NCBI GenBank assembly: GCA_964372935.1
Contig: CAYJRF010000001.1
Location: 8,993-72,992 of the forward strand
Length of the DNA: 64,000 nt
Reading direction: 5' to 3'
DNA from: an uncultured Candidatus Saccharibacteria bacterium
Lineage (GTDB): Bacteria > Patescibacteriota > UBA1384 > 2-12-FULL-50-11 > DASWYB01
The notes beneath the pieces were generated by a model. It saw only the letters and a list, made by a program, of their open reading frames with translations. It made no database searches and was not told the origin of the DNA. Positions 30,032 through 37,814 of the stretch are shown here, piece after piece (position 1 is the stretch's first letter; each line of letters begins with the position of its first letter). A program made the position numbers and the translations under genes.

Positions 30032-32227
30032 TTATAACTTCTGCTTTTTCAGCATCAGGGCGTTTAACGCCACAATGACCGTGGATAGCGACATCAATAC
30101 AGCGGCAAGGGCCGGTTGAAGAAAAATACCTTTGAACGCCAGCACGCCCGCGGCGAGGGGAATGGCGACAACATTGTAGCCCGTAGCCCAAAAAAGATTC
30201 TGAATCATTTTGCCGTAAGTCAGGCGAGACAAGCGGATGATTTTGGGAATATCGCGCGGATCGTTTTTGACCAAAACAATGCCCGCCGATTCAATCGCCA
30301 CGTTAGTCCCCGCGCCGATTGCGATGCCCAGATCGGCTTGAGTCAGCGCCGGAGCGTCATTTATGCCGTCGCCCACCATGGCAACTTTTCGGCCTTTTGA
30401 TTGGAGCATTTTTACTTTCTGCGATTTTTGGCCGGGCAATACCTTGGCATAGTACTCATCAATGTCAAGCTCTTTCGCCACCCACTGAGCAACGTCTCGG
30501 CTGTCGCCGGTAATCATGGCAGTTTTAATGCCCATGTTGCGGAGCGATTTAATGGTCTCGCGCGATTCTTCGCGAATAATGTCGGCGAGAGCGATCGCGC
30601 CGAGGAGGGATTTTCCCTTGACGGCGAATATGATCGTTTTCCCTTGCGCCGAAAGCTGGTCAATTTTAGTTTTCGTTTGATCGTCAAGAGGCAATCCCAA
30701 GTCGGTTAGCAACGTTTGGCTGCCAACTAAAACCTCCAACCCGTCTACATTGGCTCGCGCCCCTTTTCCGGCTATCCGCTGAAAATTTCTTGCCGCGGAA
30801 AGTTTGAGATTTTGTTTGTTGGCTTCGGCAACGATGGCGCGGGCGATAGGGTGTTCCGACTGACGATCCACCGAAGCGGTATACCGCAGCACAGTCGCCT
30901 CGCTTTCTTTGCCCATGGGGATAATCGCCTCGACGCCGAACTCTCCCTTGGTGAGCGTTCCGGTTTTATCAAACAGCACGATGTCAATATTGCGTGCCGC
31001 TTCAAGCGCCAACCGTTGTTTGACCAAAAAACCGTTCTGGGCCGCTTTAGTGGTCGAGATTGAAGCCACTAAGGGAATTGCCAACCCGAGGGCGTGAGGG
31101 CAAGCAATCACCAGCACGGCCACCATCCGCTCGATGGCAAACACCGGGTCCGCCAAGATAAGCCAGCTGGCTAATGTGATTGCGCCAACGGCGACGGCGA
31201 CGACAGTAAGGTAAAAGGCGGCTCTGTCGGACAATATTTGCAAGCGCGATTTGGAACTTTGGGCTTCGGCAACAAGACGCATTACCCCCGCCAAAAAAGT
31301 TTTCTCGCCAATGTTGGTGACTTTTATTTTGAGGGTGCCATCGCCGTTTATCGCTCCGGCGATCACGGCGCTCTCTGGTTTTTTGGGCACCGGTTTGGAT
31401 TCACCGGTGGCGATTGACTCGTTAACGTCGGAGATACCCTCCACCACAACTCCATCTGTCGGAATTTTTCCCCCGGGTTTTACCATCACTATGTCGCCAC
31501 TTTTAACATCAGCAAGGGGAATAATTCGCGTCTTGTCGCCTTGGATAATCTCCGCTTGATCGGGCAAGATCTTTGACAGCTCTTTTAAGGCGCCTTGGGC
31601 GTTCGAGACTGCCCGCATTTCCATCCAGTGTCCAAGAAGCATGATTGTGATCAGCGTCGCCAGTTCCCAAAAAAGAGTTTCCGTGCCTCCCGAAAGAATA
31701 GTGTAAACGCTGTAAATGTAGGCAACGGAGATGGCCAAGGAAATGAGCGTCATCATGCCGGGCAGTTTGGCTTGTAATTCCCGTCCGGCCGCGGCGATGA
31801 ACATCCAACCGCCATAGAAAAAAATGACCGAAGCGAGGATAAACGGCACATAGGTCGAGCCGGGAAATGTTGGCGCGGTAAAGTTCACCAGCTCGCGGAC
31901 GATGTTCGAGTAAAGAATCACCGGAACGGAGAGAATCAAACTGACCCAAAACTTTGTCTTGAATATATTGGTCGAATGTCCCTTGTGTTTGTCAAAGTCG
32001 TCATGATGATGACGCGTCTGTGGTTTGGCGGCAGGTACAAGCTGCATGCCACATTCCGGGCACTGCCCGTGGCTTTGACGACGAATTTCGGGATGCATGG
32101 GGCAGATGTATGTTTGCACTGGTTCGGGCATAATATCTTTCAGCGACTGGCTAGCCGCGACATTGAGCGTCGCGCGACGTTTTCCGGTGAAGCCGTTGGT
32201 TTGTTGAATTTGAGCCGCATCAACCAT
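30032..32227 (-). CDS. Heavy-metal P1B-type ATPase, CopB-like (CPH motif)
   Basis: DKTGTLT phosphorylation motif, TGES and GDGINDAP motifs and a CPH motif in TM6. The N-terminal His-rich stretch and CPMHPE...CPECGM metal-binding domain are also present. The true start may be internal, at MPEPVQ... Confidence 0.85.
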   Translation of the reverse strand: MVDAAQIQQTNGFTGKRRATLNVAASQSLKDIMPEPVQTYICPMHPEIRRQSHGQCPECGMQLVPAAKPQTRHHHDDFDKHKGHSTNIFKTKFWVSLILSVPVILYSNIVRELVNFTAPTFPGSTYVPFILASVIFFYGGWMFIAAAGRELQAKLPGMMTLISLAISVAYIYSVYTILSGGTETLFWELATLITIMLLGHWMEMRAVSNAQGALKELSKILPDQAEIIQGDKTRIIPLADVKSGDIVMVKPGGKIPTDGVVVEGISDVNESIATGESKPVPKKPESAVIAGAINGDGTLKIKVTNIGEKTFLAGVMRLVAEAQSSKSRLQILSDRAAFYLTVVAVAVGAITLASWLILADPVFAIERMVAVLVIACPHALGLAIPLVASISTTKAAQNGFLVKQRLALEAARNIDIVLFDKTGTLTKGEFGVEAIIPMGKESEATVLRYTASVDRQSEHPIARAIVAEANKQNLKLSAARNFQRIAGKGARANVDGLEVLVGSQTLLTDLGLPLDDQTKTKIDQLSAQGKTIIFAVKGKSLLGAIALADIIREESRETIKSLRNMGIKTAMITGDSRDVAQWVAKELDIDEYYAKVLPGQKSQKVKMLQSKGRKVAMVGDGINDAPALTQADLGIAIGAGTNVAIESAGIVLVKNDPRDIPKIIRLSRLTYGKMIQNLFWATGYNVVAIPLAAGVLAFKGIFLQPALAAVLMSLSTVIVALNALMLKKQKL

Positions 32228-32409
32228 AATTGTACCATCAACCTAGTCTTTTATCCCTTTTAACTGGCAACAGTGGCGTCGGCCGCGTCCGACTGGGCGC
32301 CAGCCTTTTTTTTTGGTACAATTTCCGTGATAATCGCTCTAGGTTGGCTTAATATGTCGAGCGATAAAAAATCGCCGGTTGACGACAGGCCGATGGAGCG
32401 ACCGCCCGC

Positions 32410-32484
32410 GCCCACGTAGCTCAGCGGTAGAGCAACTCCATGGTAAGGAGTAGGTCGGCGATTCAAATTCGCCCGTGGGCTCCA
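32410..32484 (+). tRNA. tRNA-Thr (anticodon GGU)
   Basis: Acceptor GCCCACG/CGTGGGC, D-arm GCTC-AGCGGTA-GAGC, anticodon arm ACTCC-ATGGTAA-GGAGT, T-arm GGCGA-TTCAAAT-TCGCC, discriminator T and an encoded CCA. Confidence 0.85.
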
Positions 32485-32503
32485 CAGAAAGGAAATACTT
32501 CTT

Positions 32504-32665
32504 ATGGCCAAAACTAAAGTTCATCAAGCGATTATGGAGTGCTCGGTTTGCGGCGAGCGTAATTATCACACCAAACGCAACGTCAACAATATTAAGGAGC
32601 GTTTGGTGTTAAAAAAACATTGCCCAAAATGCCGCAAACATACCGAACACGCCGAAACTAAGTAA
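32504..32665 (+). CDS. rpmG: 50S ribosomal protein L33
   Basis: 53-aa ORF not in the supplied track: MAKTKVHQAIMECSVCGERNYHTKRNVNNIKERLVLKKHCPKCRKHTEHAETK, matching the L33 pattern with two CxxC pairs. RBS AGAAAGGAAA lies upstream. Confidence 0.8.
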   Translation: MAKTKVHQAIMECSVCGERNYHTKRNVNNIKERLVLKKHCPKCRKHTEHAETK

Positions 32666-32714
32666 CTGGCGATTCGGCGTTGGGCAAGGTTTGCCGTTTG
32701 TGATTGTGATTCAC

Positions 32715-32785
32715 GGGGGGTGCGCTGGGCGCGGGAGGGTCTCCAAAACCCACCTCGAAGCGTTCGATCCGCTTACCCCCTGCCA
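32715..32785 (+). tRNA. tRNA-Trp-like (anticodon CCA) with truncated D-arm; possibly a pseudogene or non-canonical tRNA
   Basis: Acceptor GGGGGGT/ACCCCCT (one G-U pair), canonical Trp anticodon loop CTCCAAA on a GGGT/ACCC stem, T-arm AAGCG-TTCGATC-CGCTT, discriminator G and an encoded CCA. Only 14 nt (GCGCTGGGCGCGGG) lie between the acceptor and anticodon stems, so the gene is 71 nt. The 3' end overlaps the start of repeat R1. Confidence 0.45.
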
Positions 32786-32830
32786 AAGAAACCTAGGAAT
32801 CGAACCATAAAAAGAGAACCGTCCCCAATT
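32780..32830 (+). repeat. 51-bp intergenic direct repeat R1, copy a
   Basis: ctgccaaagaaaCctaggaatcgaaccataaaaagagaaccgtccccaatt, repeated at 33374..33424 with a single mismatch. Confidence 0.9.
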
Positions 32831-32878
32831 CGAGAACAATTCGAGAAGCCATGTTCGAACATCCTCGACAATGGCCCC

Positions 32879-32917
32879 TAACCCAGTAAGCAGCAGAGCG
32901 GCTACTTTTTTGGTATA
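32879..32917 (+). repeat. 39-bp direct repeat R2 (hairpin plus T-run plus TATA-like box), copy a
   Basis: taacccagtaagcagcagagcggctacttttttggtata is identical at 34435..34473 and degenerate at 33519..33552. In all three copies it sits 20-25 bp upstream of an ORF start. It contains an imperfect hairpin AGCAGC-AGA-GCGGCT followed by T6 and GGTATA. Confidence 0.85.
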
Positions 32918-32937
32918 GTTGTTGAAACGGAGGTTGT

Positions 32938-33357
32938 ATGTCAGAGCATCTATCACCGAACGATGAATACGCAAATTGGACAGCTCCAGACCCTTCTCCA
33001 CAAAGCGAGCGTCCTGGCGGTGAATTACATACCCGGCCAATTCAAGGATCGGACGGACAGTGGCAGGATGGGTATGGCAATAGAATATCGGAAACAGAAG
33101 CTAGGGATATTGATTACGCAACCCGATTCTGGCGCCAGCAACCCGCAGGACAAAAGCAAGCAATGCAAGAAATAATTCAAAATCAGGTAGAATTGGGCAA
33201 ATTTAGCTTATTTGTTAGCCCATCGGGGATAAGCGAGGGAGATGAGGAAAAACTTTCTGCTTATCGTCTGTTAGCACGAGAAATGGGGTATGAGATTGGT
33301 TCGTTTCATTTTAACCCAAACGCTCACACAGTCACTGCCGAAATAAAAACATTCTAG
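32938..33357 (+). CDS. Hypothetical protein (cassette ORF 1)
   Basis: 139-aa acidic ORF with a good RBS (ACGGAGG) and no recognisable motif; followed by motif R3 (ctccacgatggcc) and repeat R1b. Confidence 0.45.
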   Translation: MSEHLSPNDEYANWTAPDPSPQSERPGGELHTRPIQGSDGQWQDGYGNRISETEARDIDYATRFWRQQPAGQKQAMQEIIQNQVELGKFSLFVSPSGISEGDEEKLSAYRLLAREMGYEIGSFHFNPNAHTVTAEIKTF

Positions 33358-33373
33358 CGTTCTCCACGATGGC

Positions 33374-33424
33374 CTGCCAAAGAAATCTAGGAATCGAACC
33401 ATAAAAAGAGAACCGTCCCCAATT
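33374..33424 (+). repeat. 51-bp direct repeat R1, copy b
   Basis: ctgccaaagaaaTctaggaatcgaaccataaaaagagaaccgtccccaatt; 50 of 51 bp identical to copy a. Confidence 0.9.
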
Positions 33425-33452
33425 GCCTTGCAATTGCCTTGCAATTGCCTTG
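33420..33452 (+). repeat. Tandem repeat, 3 x 11 bp (caattgccttg)
   Basis: Three perfect head-to-tail copies immediately after R1b. Confidence 0.9.
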
Positions 33453-33560
33453 GATTGGCGGTAACCGAATTACTATCTAACCGATACCCTTGCGGTAACC
33501 TTCTTTTCTATCTAATGCGAGTAAGCAGCATAGCGGTTGCTTTTTTGGTATTGTGCAAGA

Positions 33561-34376
33561 ATGATAAAAATTCAAGCGAGTGGTGAAATTCAACCATTAG
33601 ACATTGATGGCTATATTATTAATACCAGCTCTCTGGATAAGATAGTTCCACCTTGGAAAGAAGCAATTGAAGACGTTTGCCAGACATATATCAAAAAGTT
33701 TGGTGAGGGGCTACATAGCATTTATTTGCGTGGTTCGGTTCCTAGTGGAAAAGCAATAGATGGAATCTCGGATTTAGATTCAATTGTGATTATTAAAGCT
33801 GATCATTCAGACTCGGTTGACCTTTCGTGGTTTAATGATTTTGCTGAGACGCTCATTATTAAATATCCATACGTGAGCGAACTTGAATTACTATGGGTAA
33901 ACTATGCTAGCTTACTCAACCCGGATAAGTTAACAAATGTACGTATCCAGCTGGCTATCTATGGCTTGTGCATCTATGGCGAAGACATTATTCCACAGTT
34001 ACCAAAATTTAAACCAGGACGCGACACTATTATTCATGCGCCATGTATTGATAAACAGATTGATGAAGCGATCGAAAAGATTAAACTGCGCGACACATCG
34101 GATGGGGTAAAGGGAGCTTGTACTTGGATCATGAAATCATTTCTACGAGTGGGTTGTGAGCTGGTGATGGAACGCGAACATGTATATACGCGCGACCTTT
34201 ATTGGTGTTATAAGTTATTCGCTCAATACTATCCAGGTACAGCAGATGCTATGTATCAGGTGCTCGATTATGCACTTAACCCAATTGACGATCGAGAAAA
34301 GTTAAGCTCATTTGTAAAAGATTTTGGATTTTGGCTTAGTCAAGAAGTAAAAGCACAAGGATTGGTTAGAAAATAG
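33561..34376 (+). CDS. AadA/ANT(3'')-ANT(9)-like nucleotidyltransferase (Pol-beta NTase domain plus DUF4111-like C-terminal domain)
   Basis: N-terminal NTase motif LRGSVPSGKAIDGISDLDSIVII (G[GS]...DhD). The C-terminal region (VKGACTWIMKSFLRVG...DLYWCYKLFAQYYP) parallels the AadA C-terminus (VVLTLSRIWYSAVTG...ADWAMERLPAQYQP). The gene is strongly low-GC and begins at ATG 33561; the computed ORF begins at an upstream TTG. Confidence 0.6.
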   Translation: MIKIQASGEIQPLDIDGYIINTSSLDKIVPPWKEAIEDVCQTYIKKFGEGLHSIYLRGSVPSGKAIDGISDLDSIVIIKADHSDSVDLSWFNDFAETLIIKYPYVSELELLWVNYASLLNPDKLTNVRIQLAIYGLCIYGEDIIPQLPKFKPGRDTIIHAPCIDKQIDEAIEKIKLRDTSDGVKGACTWIMKSFLRVGCELVMEREHVYTRDLYWCYKLFAQYYPGTADAMYQVLDYALNPIDDREKLSSFVKDFGFWLSQEVKAQGLVRK

Positions 34377-34434
34377 GTTCGAACATTGTCGGCGATCCTC
34401 CGCCGTTAAAACTTCGGAAGGACAAGTGGTCTGA

Positions 34435-34473
34435 TAACCCAGTAAGCAGCAGAGCGGCTACTTTTTTGGTATA
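34435..34473 (+). repeat. 39-bp direct repeat R2, copy c
   Basis: Identical to 32879..32917; ends 8 bp before the ATG of the next ORF. Confidence 0.9.
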
Positions 34474-34481
34474 ACACGGAC

Positions 34482-34949
34482 ATGGAAGGTGATCCCAAAA
34501 AACCGATTCCAATTTTATATGACACGTATCTTGCGGTTATTAAAAATGGCGTCGAATCAAAAATGTTCCGTCATTTTTATGCTTATGTCGACGGCAACAA
34601 GGTGGATATTGTAAAGGGCGGGGAGTTAGCTTGTGGTTTTTTTGTTTCGTTCGTCCTCCACAATTTTAAGCTAATAGGCGAGCCTCATTTAACTGTGGCC
34701 GGCACAGAGAAAGATCTCCAAGAATTGGGTTGGCAAGAAATTGGTAGAGATAATCTTAAAGAAGGATGTGTCTTAATCTGGCAGAGTGAGGCCTCTGATG
34801 CCGACGCCCACAAACATATTGGATTCTATATCGGGAACGACCGAGCAGTGAGTACAGATTCCAAGCTGGGAGTTGTTTCCGAGCATCACTTTACTTTTAA
34901 TAACAGCCGACCAATCGAAAAGGCGTATTGGTTCGAACAATTGAAATAA
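34482..34949 (+). CDS. Putative papain-fold hydrolase, NlpC/P60-like (cassette ORF 3)
   Basis: Cys in GGELACGFFVSFV, then about 60 aa later HIGFYIGNDRAVS...EHH, resembling the NlpC/P60 Cys...H(V/I)GIY(I/V)GNG...H arrangement. Low GC; followed by motif R3 (ctccacgatggcc). Confidence 0.35.
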   Translation: MEGDPKKPIPILYDTYLAVIKNGVESKMFRHFYAYVDGNKVDIVKGGELACGFFVSFVLHNFKLIGEPHLTVAGTEKDLQELGWQEIGRDNLKEGCVLIWQSEASDADAHKHIGFYIGNDRAVSTDSKLGVVSEHHFTFNNSRPIEKAYWFEQLK

Positions 34950-35077
34950 GAATCGTCCTAGCGGCCTCCACGATGGCCCGGTAAAGAAAAAAGCGGCTCA
35001 TGGCCTTAGGGGGCTTGCCGAGATGATGATTCAAGAATTACGCTAAAAACTAATGACATCCCACCAAAAGAAGCAAA

Positions 35078-35109
35078 TTACAATTAATACTTATTACAAT
35101 TAATACTTA
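35078..35109 (+). repeat. Tandem repeat, 2 x 16 bp (ttacaattaatactta)
   Basis: Two perfect copies in the AT-rich spacer after the cassette array. Confidence 0.85.
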
Positions 35110-35128
35110 CAATGCCGCCGCGACGGCG

Positions 35129-35404
35129 TTGGCAAAAAAATATCGCGCTATCGGTTCTCGCCGACAAGACGTCGAACGGGTGATGAATTACGTCAGCGCG
35201 ACCAATCCGAAAGTAGTCGAGTTGGGCAGTGCAGGTCAAGTGGTTGATGGGGCTCGGCATTGTTCCGAATGCGGGATGCTCCTCGCCTTCGGAAGAGACT
35301 TTTTTCCGCTAGGCGAGTCGGTGCCGCTTGCGCGCAGCAGTCCTCCGGCGGGAAAGCGACGGGCGAAGGCAGAAAAGAATATGCCCACGGACGACGACGA
35401 CTGA
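35129..35404 (+). CDS. Hypothetical protein (TTG start), doubtful
   Basis: 91-aa ORF with a non-ATG start and a single CxxC pair. GC jumps sharply here; coding status uncertain. Confidence 0.2.
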   Translation: MAKKYRAIGSRRQDVERVMNYVSATNPKVVELGSAGQVVDGARHCSECGMLLAFGRDFFPLGESVPLARSSPPAGKRRAKAEKNMPTDDDD

Positions 35405-35690
35405 TGCCGCGCCCGTAACAACCGACAGCCTGCGGCTCGCTCGCGCCCGCTATTCATCAAACAAGAATATTGGGCGTTTTTTTAAATTTTTAGGAAAGTG
35501 ATTGTCGAAAACGAGGCGGGAGGCACTCGCCTATCTGTTCATGACTCCCCCCTTTCGCCTAAAGGTTACCAAAACGAGGGGAGTTTGTCATGGTAGAGTT
35601 GCGGTCTTTCCCCTTTGCTCGTGGGGCGTGTCTTGCTTCTCGGTTGACGACAATCCGGACTTAAAAAGTCCTTGCCGGGCGACGGGCAAG

Positions 35691-35712
35691 AAAAAAGGAG
35701 CCGATTGGCTCC
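35691..35712 (-). terminator. Rho-independent terminator for the 35730..36170 minus-strand gene
   Basis: On the minus strand: ggagcc-aatc-ggctcc followed by TTTTTT, about 20 nt after the stop codon. Further small hairpins lie beyond (ggactt-aaaa-agtcc, cttgccg-ggcga-cgggcaag). Confidence 0.6.
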
Positions 35713-35729
35713 AAAGTGCCGTATGTCCT

Positions 35730-36170
35730 TTACGGAGCGGGGCGTAGGGCGCGGATCGCCGCAGTTACGTCTCTCACTCCCCGCCGAAACCACGGTTGAC
35801 CGAAGAAGGGCGGTCGGAAGCGTCCTTTCCGGTAAAGAAAGCGAACAGGTGATCCGCCATTGCCGGCGATCAGGATCGGCCCGGTTCCTCCCGCGACGGG
35901 ATAGACATCGATAACATTGCCCATCGCGGTGCGCATCCACGAGTGTTGGTAGTTGGGATAATAGTAGCCGTCAACTACCTCAAGGTTGTGGTCTCGATAC
36001 ACGCGAGCGATGGCGCGAACAAGCATATGGCACGAAACTTCTTGAGGGTATCCCCACTGATCGCGCTTTATGCTTATTTCCGGAAGCTGCTCTAAGATTG
36101 CAGCCAATTCCGTGACTAACTCACGTTCAGCAGCGGTTACCGCCCCCTCACGGACAGCGTAGGGTACCAT
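35730..36170 (-). CDS. Hypothetical protein
   Basis: 146 aa with GAGGAGA RBS upstream of the ATG, GC-rich, no recognisable motif (contains GNGGSP and YYYPNYQHSW). Confidence 0.5.
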   Translation of the reverse strand: MVPYAVREGAVTAAERELVTELAAILEQLPEISIKRDQWGYPQEVSCHMLVRAIARVYRDHNLEVVDGYYYPNYQHSWMRTAMGNVIDVYPVAGGTGPILIAGNGGSPVRFLYRKGRFRPPFFGQPWFRRGVRDVTAAIRALRPAP

Positions 36171-36430
36171 GACTTTCTCCTCGTAAAGATCGTGCGATAA
36201 AGATCGCCTGCAGTATACATCGACACGACTGCTAGTGAAAACATGCGGTAGGTGGGGGAACTTGCCGATTGGCAGAGGAGGATATTTGCTGGTCAGGCAG
36301 TCTAACTGGAGGATACGGAAAATTATCTGGCCGCTCTCCGCTCTATCTCGACACCGAAATAATTCTGAACCGAGAAAAGCGGCGGTTCCATCAGATAGTC
36401 ATCCACCTGATGGAACCGGCTGATTAACAT

Positions 36431-36727
36431 CTAGCCGCCGCTGGGGTGGCGAGATGTCAAGAGGTAGTTGTGGGCGGTTTTCAACGCCCACACGCCGAGA
36501 ATCGGTGTCACCAAAAACATCCAGGCCACGAACATGATGCACGGCACTGGTGGGGGCGTGATCCCACCGAACACCGCCTGCTTCGCCAGCATCGCCGCCT
36601 GCCATGAGGCGGCGAGAACGGTGAACATACTGGCCGCCAGGATACCATCATCCTTTCGTGCCACCCCGCATATCAGCAGGGCGCCGAAGGACAACACCAC
36701 GAGGTGCATGGCCAGAAGGCCGAACAT
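36431..36727 (-). CDS. Small membrane protein (3 predicted TM helices)
   Basis: Start at ATG 36727 preceded by GAGGAGGAGGGG; hydrophobic helices MFGLLAMHLVVLSFGALLICGV, ILAASMFTVLAASWQAAML and IMFVAWMFLVTPILGVWAL. Confidence 0.5.
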   Translation of the reverse strand: MFGLLAMHLVVLSFGALLICGVARKDDGILAASMFTVLAASWQAAMLAKQAVFGGITPPPVPCIMFVAWMFLVTPILGVWALKTAHNYLLTSRHPSGG

Positions 36728-37024
36728 TTCCCCTCCTCCTCTCATCACACCGACCGATTTAGACCGGACTGCAGACAACATAGCATAAAAGGTATATTTT
36801 GTCAAGTGTCTGCATGCGTCCATAACATATGAGATTTTTGGTCATACACATGAACGGCAGTACTCGCTCCGGTTCGCACGCGGTGTTGTACTGCGCCGCG
36901 ATGTGCGCTAGAGTTTAGGCATGATTTCAAATCATAAATTAATGACTTGGTCGAGTTTTATCAAAGCGTTGTTTTATTTTTCTGTCTGAGAGGGCAGATT
37001 TTTTGTTTGAAAAAGGGGGAAGGG

Positions 37025-37624
37025 ATGAGTGATATGCTTGTTGAGCTGCTCGGGGTTGAACGAGAACAGGCAAGACAACGACTGCGTTGCGACGGCGTAG
37101 TGGTCGTGCGAAACGTCTTTAGTCAAGACGCCGCGACGGCGTTGGCCCACGAAGCGCAACGGCTGAAGTTTGAGCTTCAGCCGGCAGTTTACGGCTCGCG
37201 CAGTGTGCAGCAGGCGGTGGCCTGCGCCGATATCGCCCCGAGGGGTCGGCTGTGGGAGTTTGCCGACGCCGTGGAGATAGCTATGCAGAACATGGTTGGA
37301 GACGAAGCGATGACTGTGCCGCTCGGCTTCAACCGCCGCGTCGTTCAATGGTATCGCCCCGAGACTATCGGTATTGGGTCTCATCGCGACGAGAGTCGCT
37401 ATCGCAACCTTGTTGTCCTGTGCGGTTTGAGTGGCTATGGTCGGTTCAAGCTCTTCAGGGGGTCAAGCGGGGCGCTTTACCTCACCAGAAAGGTGGGTCC
37501 GGGCGACGTCGTGGTAATGATCGCGCCCGGATTTAACGGCCGTGACGATCGTCCGGTGCATGCCGTCGATCAAATTCAAGGAGAACGCTATGTTCTGGCG
37601 TTGCGTCGGGACGATCGGGCGTGA
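37025..37624 (+). CDS. Putative 2-oxoglutarate/Fe(II)-dependent oxygenase superfamily protein
   Basis: HxD...H arrangement (IGSHRDE ... PVHAVD) in a predicted beta-rich protein of about 200 aa; assignment by motif pattern only. Start at ATG 37025 with GGGGGAAGGG upstream. Confidence 0.3.
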   Translation: MSDMLVELLGVEREQARQRLRCDGVVVVRNVFSQDAATALAHEAQRLKFELQPAVYGSRSVQQAVACADIAPRGRLWEFADAVEIAMQNMVGDEAMTVPLGFNRRVVQWYRPETIGIGSHRDESRYRNLVVLCGLSGYGRFKLFRGSSGALYLTRKVGPGDVVVMIAPGFNGRDDRPVHAVDQIQGERYVLALRRDDRA

Positions 37625-37677
37625 GGAGAGTAATCATGGACCGGATCACAAACCGAGCCGTAACACCTTTATTTTTA

Positions 37678-37711
37678 CCACCCGTGGCGGTCGTCGGCGG
37701 GTGGTTTTTTT
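37678..37711 (+). terminator. Rho-independent terminator
   Basis: ccacccg-(13-nt loop)-cgggtgg followed by TTTTTTT, 55 nt after the stop of the oxygenase-like gene. Confidence 0.6.
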
Positions 37712-37814
37712 CTGGTTTACTAACCCACCTCGGGCGACGTTGGACGGCGGCCGTAACGCCCGGTGAGTTCGCCACTTGACGGCGGTGGGCGATGAAGAGT
37801 TACAATGAAAGCTG

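Noticed and set aside
32666-35130. Calling the cassette region a bona fide integron
   Set aside because: No intI-like integrase in the window, and the repeats do not show clean GTTRRRY core / RYYYAAC inverse-core pairs on inspection. Reported only as cassette-like.
35112-35404. Confident protein-coding call for the 91-aa TTG-start ORF
   Set aside because: Non-ATG start, no RBS, a short alternative ATG frame terminates after 24 codons, and a weak terminator-like hairpin follows. Kept only as a low-confidence feature.
35405-35730. tmRNA or RNase P RNA in the hairpin-rich non-coding stretch
   Set aside because: No tRNA-like 5'/3' ends, no tag-peptide ORF, no GGAAAGTCCGGGCTCC-type P4 sequence. 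The hairpins are better explained as the terminator cluster of the 35730..36170 minus-strand gene.
36468-36788. 106-aa plus-strand ORF overlapping the small membrane protein gene
   Set aside because: The opposite-strand ORF has a strong RBS and clear TM helices; this one has neither.
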